DNA of 32,920 nucleotides. Origin: an uncultured Candidatus Saccharibacteria bacterium. GTDB lineage: Bacteria; Patescibacteriota; UBA1384; JAGVHQ01. Each line of letters begins with the position of its first letter. The first letter of the stretch is position 1. Shown one piece after another: positions 30,650 through 32,920 of the stretch. The DNA is taken from assembly GCA_964362865.1 (NCBI GenBank), contig CAYIGD010000003.1, positions 7,926-40,845 on the forward strand, in the 5' to 3' direction. The notes beneath the pieces are model-generated. The model was not told the DNA's origin. It searched no databases and saw only the letters and a list, made by a program, of their open reading frames with translations. Made by a program: the position numbers and the translations under genes.

Positions 30650-31517
30650 ATTTAATTTCAAGTTGAGCGCGGATTTTATTGAGCCAAGCTGTATCAGACG
30701 GCGCGGTTTTGAGAGAAGGCGTTTCTAAAATGAAATTGAAATTCTGAAAGCGTGGGTGATGCACAAAGCGCGCCAAGGCTTTACTCCCGATCTCCCCCTC
30801 TCCGATATCCTCATGCCGGTCCACGCCCGATCCAAAGGGGGCTTTGCTGTCGTTTAAGTGGATCAACTCTACTCGGTCAAAACCGATTGTTTGTTCGATT
30901 GTGGCGACCAGTTCATTCAGCGCCGTAAGCGTGCGCAGTTCTACGCCCGCAGTAAACATATGCGCGGTATCAAGCGTCACGCCGAAATTGTACTTTTCGA
31001 ACGGATCCAATATGGTCTTCAGCTCTTCAAATGTCTTGCCGATGTGGTTGCCGGTGCCAGCCGAAAACTCGAGGCACAAACGGGTTCCAACGGGATTGTA
31101 GCGGTCCAGGGTGGTTCCTACGCGCCGAAGCGCCTCGTGTACCCGTTCCAGCCCGACTTTGAACCCCTCATCCTTGGGCGACCCGACGTGGGTGATTACC
31201 GCCCGCGCGCCAATTTCGCGTCCTAAAAGGAGCGCGTCAATCAGCGCTTGGATCGAAAGCTCCCAAAATTGGGGGGTGGATGAAGCCAGATTGATGAGGT
31301 AAATCGTGTGGATGAATACGGGACCAACGTTGAGTTCCCTAACCGCTTCCCGAAAGCGGTGTTTTTCTTGGTCGCTTACTTTAATTTGACGCCAGTTGCG
31401 TGGGCTTGTATTGAAAATCTGAAACCCTTCGCACCCGAGCGCGTGAGCCCTCCCCGGTGCGTTCGTGAGCGCTCCGGCAATCGAAACGTGTGCTCCGAGT
31501 TTAATGGTGTGCGGCAT
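30648..31517 (-). CDS. nfo: Endonuclease IV (AP endonuclease family 2)
   Basis: From MPHTIKLGAHVSIAG: ...VITHVG...LCLEFSAGTGNHIG...TLDTAHMF...HLNDSK...DRHEDIGEGEIG...FILETP, which are Nfo metal-site motifs. Start ATG 31517 overlaps the upstream gene by 17 nt. Confidence 0.88.
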   Translation of the reverse strand: MPHTIKLGAHVSIAGALTNAPGRAHALGCEGFQIFNTSPRNWRQIKVSDQEKHRFREAVRELNVGPVFIHTIYLINLASSTPQFWELSIQALIDALLLGREIGARAVITHVGSPKDEGFKVGLERVHEALRRVGTTLDRYNPVGTRLCLEFSAGTGNHIGKTFEELKTILDPFEKYNFGVTLDTAHMFTAGVELRTLTALNELVATIEQTIGFDRVELIHLNDSKAPFGSGVDRHEDIGEGEIGSKALARFVHHPRFQNFNFILETPSLKTAPSDTAWLNKIRAQLEIK

Positions 31518-32319
31518 ATGCCCTTTTTTTGATAAATCGCCGTCCACCGTATAGCGCCGCGGCAATCATAAGCGAGAATATAATCATACCAAGACTAAGT
31601 AAAGTTGCCATTGTGAGCGCTTCGCGCCCGACTGCCGGATCAATCGCCCGGGCGGCAAGGTATCCCCCGCCCCCTAGCAACAGGGCATCCACAAATACAT
31701 AGCTTAAATTTTCGTGTTGTTTCATGAGCTCGACAAGCGCGATGAAAAGAAAAACCACGAACCAAAGGTTGGTGAGCGTGGCGACAACGGCGATCAGAAG
31801 CCCTACTCCGGCCGAACGTAAATCCACCATACTGGGCGCAAGCGAGGCCGAAACCGTGAAAATAATAACGAACATTGCCCAACTTTCGAGCGCTAATGGG
31901 TTGAACGTTTGAATAAATGCCCCAAGCCAAGCGCTGTAGATTTGGGTGAGGGGCTGTGTAAGATCGGTTGCCAGGAGCGCCTCGAATAACTGCGGGGTGA
32001 GAAAACTTAAGGTCATGATGATGACGAATAAACCCCCCACGATTGGGGCGAGTGCCACAATCGCGTTCCCGATATAGGGGACTCGCGGCTGGGTATGGCG
32101 CACGTGCCCGCCTGTGGGTGAGAGGAGTGCGAGCTCTTCTACGCGTGCGCCCACGATAAAACAAGCGATAGCGTGCGAGAGTTCGTGCACGATGATGCCC
32201 GGTGCCAAGCTCCAACGATACCATTTATACGGGAGGGCACGCACCAGTAGCCAATTGAGCGCCTCTCCCCCTAAAACCACGAACGTCAACCAGCCGAGAA
32301 AAATCACGATTTGAGTCAT
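31501..32319 (-). CDS. Polytopic membrane protein with HExxH (M50B-like putative metalloprotease)
   Basis: About 7 hydrophobic helices, with GIIVHELSHAIACFIVGA in the second. The family call is approximate. Confidence 0.55.
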   Translation of the reverse strand: MTQIVIFLGWLTFVVLGGEALNWLLVRALPYKWYRWSLAPGIIVHELSHAIACFIVGARVEELALLSPTGGHVRHTQPRVPYIGNAIVALAPIVGGLFVIIMTLSFLTPQLFEALLATDLTQPLTQIYSAWLGAFIQTFNPLALESWAMFVIIFTVSASLAPSMVDLRSAGVGLLIAVVATLTNLWFVVFLFIALVELMKQHENLSYVFVDALLLGGGGYLAARAIDPAVGREALTMATLLSLGMIIFSLMIAAALYGGRRFIKKRAYAAHH

Positions 32320-32384
32320 TGTTTAAGTGTACATCGAATACAAGATCCTGAAGTGATACAACTCATTTTTTACTTATGATTGAA

Positions 32385-32429
32385 CAAAAAAATGACCCAT
32401 CCCCGCTTGAGAGCGTGAAGATGGGTCAT
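32385..32429 (-). terminator. Intrinsic terminator downstream of the purB-like gene
   Basis: The minus strand reads ATGACCCATC-ttcacgctctcaagcgggg-GATGGGTCAT followed by TTTTTTTG. Confidence 0.65.
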
Positions 32430-32591
32430 GCACTTCGCCGTTATTCACGGCTCTTGCTTGCGATTACAATTCCTTTTTTCGTGGCCCCGCCTTCTTCTTT
32501 GGACACGAGCTTCCCGGAAGTGAATTAACTCATGTGTGTCACTGTCCGGAACCGATCCGTCCATCGTAAACGACAACGCCCGTGGATCGGA

Positions 32592-32920
32592 CTAGAGTTC
32601 GAGTTTTTGCTTCCATCTTTCCGCGACCGCTTTCGCTTTCTGGGCGGCGATGCCGGCGTAGAGAGATGGGTTCGAGAGAATCCGCCGTTGATACGGAGTC
32701 ATCTTTTCGAGGTAGTCTTTCATGTCCGCATCGCCGACAACGACTTCTTCGAGCGGTCGCGCCTCGCGTTGGGCTTGAAGCGTGAGCATCCGCACCTTCT
32801 CATGCGCGTCGGGATGTCCCTGCGCGGCGAGAATGATGTAGAGCGGCTCGGCAACCACCAAACCTTTTTGCATGGCGAGGTTGCGCTCCAAGTTGGCGCG
32901 GTCAACAGTGAGCTTCTTCA
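32592..32920 (-). CDS. purB: Adenylosuccinate lyase-like protein, C-terminal part (5' end outside the window)
   Basis: The ORF is open to the window edge. ...LERNLAMQKGLVVAEPLYIILAAQGHPDAHEKVRMLT...LSNPSLYAGIAAQKA resembles the ADSL C-terminal domain. Confidence 0.6.
   Translation of the reverse strand, partial: KKLTVDRANLERNLAMQKGLVVAEPLYIILAAQGHPDAHEKVRMLTLQAQREARPLEEVVVGDADMKDYLEKMTPYQRRILSNPSLYAGIAAQKAKAVAERWKQKLEL

Noticed and set aside
31640-32224. 194-aa minus-strand ORF in an alternative frame
   Set aside because: It is fully nested in the M50B-like membrane protein gene, whose frame gives coherent TM helices. The alternative product is Arg-rich nonsense.
32376-32528. 50-codon plus-strand ORF (MIEQKNDPSPLESVKMGHALRRYS...)
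   Set aside because: It has no SD, it reads straight through the minus-strand terminator hairpin, and I recognise no family. It is mentioned only within the 3'-UTR finding.

Overview
The window is a dense, almost entirely minus-strand block of about 33 CDS. It looks like the chromosome of a small-genome bacterium; Patescibacteria/CPR-like is my inference only, based on gene content and pilin style. I found no rRNA, tRNA, CRISPR array, transposase, integrase or prophage genes. Gene order on the minus strand, from right to left, runs: purB' / M50B-like protease - nfo / (LuxR on +) / small membrane protein - DUF3048 - two type IV pilin-like genes / (SLT on +) / SprT-like - HIT - rpsU - yqeY-like - HD (PgpH-like) - ybeY / ftsA - ftsZ - AT-rich coiled-coil gene / small coiled-coil gene / nrdR - nrdJ / (PCD on +) / small coiled-coil gene - cobO / cobalamin riboswitch - DUF4430 - membrane protein - trx / structured leader - UvrD-type helicase fused to an Fe-S RecB/Cas4-like nuclease / DUF2130 - tkt - deacetylase - rluA-family - gmk - manC-like - secD - secF'. 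Five signals seem most worth following up. (1) A hairpin-forming AT-rich repeat family built from AATTATGAAT decamers occurs four times in 4.2 kb. Two copies are intergenic and two are fused to the 5' ends of the pilin ORFs. (2) The pilin ORFs carry unusually long, mutually conserved pre-G|FTL(I/V)E leaders. (3) A compact cobalamin riboswitch controls a DUF4430 gene plus a polytopic membrane protein, which is a candidate non-canonical B12 uptake module. It sits beside cobO and the B12-dependent nrdR-nrdJ operon. (4) A roughly 160-nt multi-hairpin leader or sRNA has its own consensus promoter, and its terminator-like hairpin sequesters the Shine-Dalgarno of the helicase-nuclease gene. (5) A strongly AT-shifted bitopic coiled-coil gene lies directly downstream of ftsZ. 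All calls come from reading the sequence and the ORF translations by eye; no database search was run.
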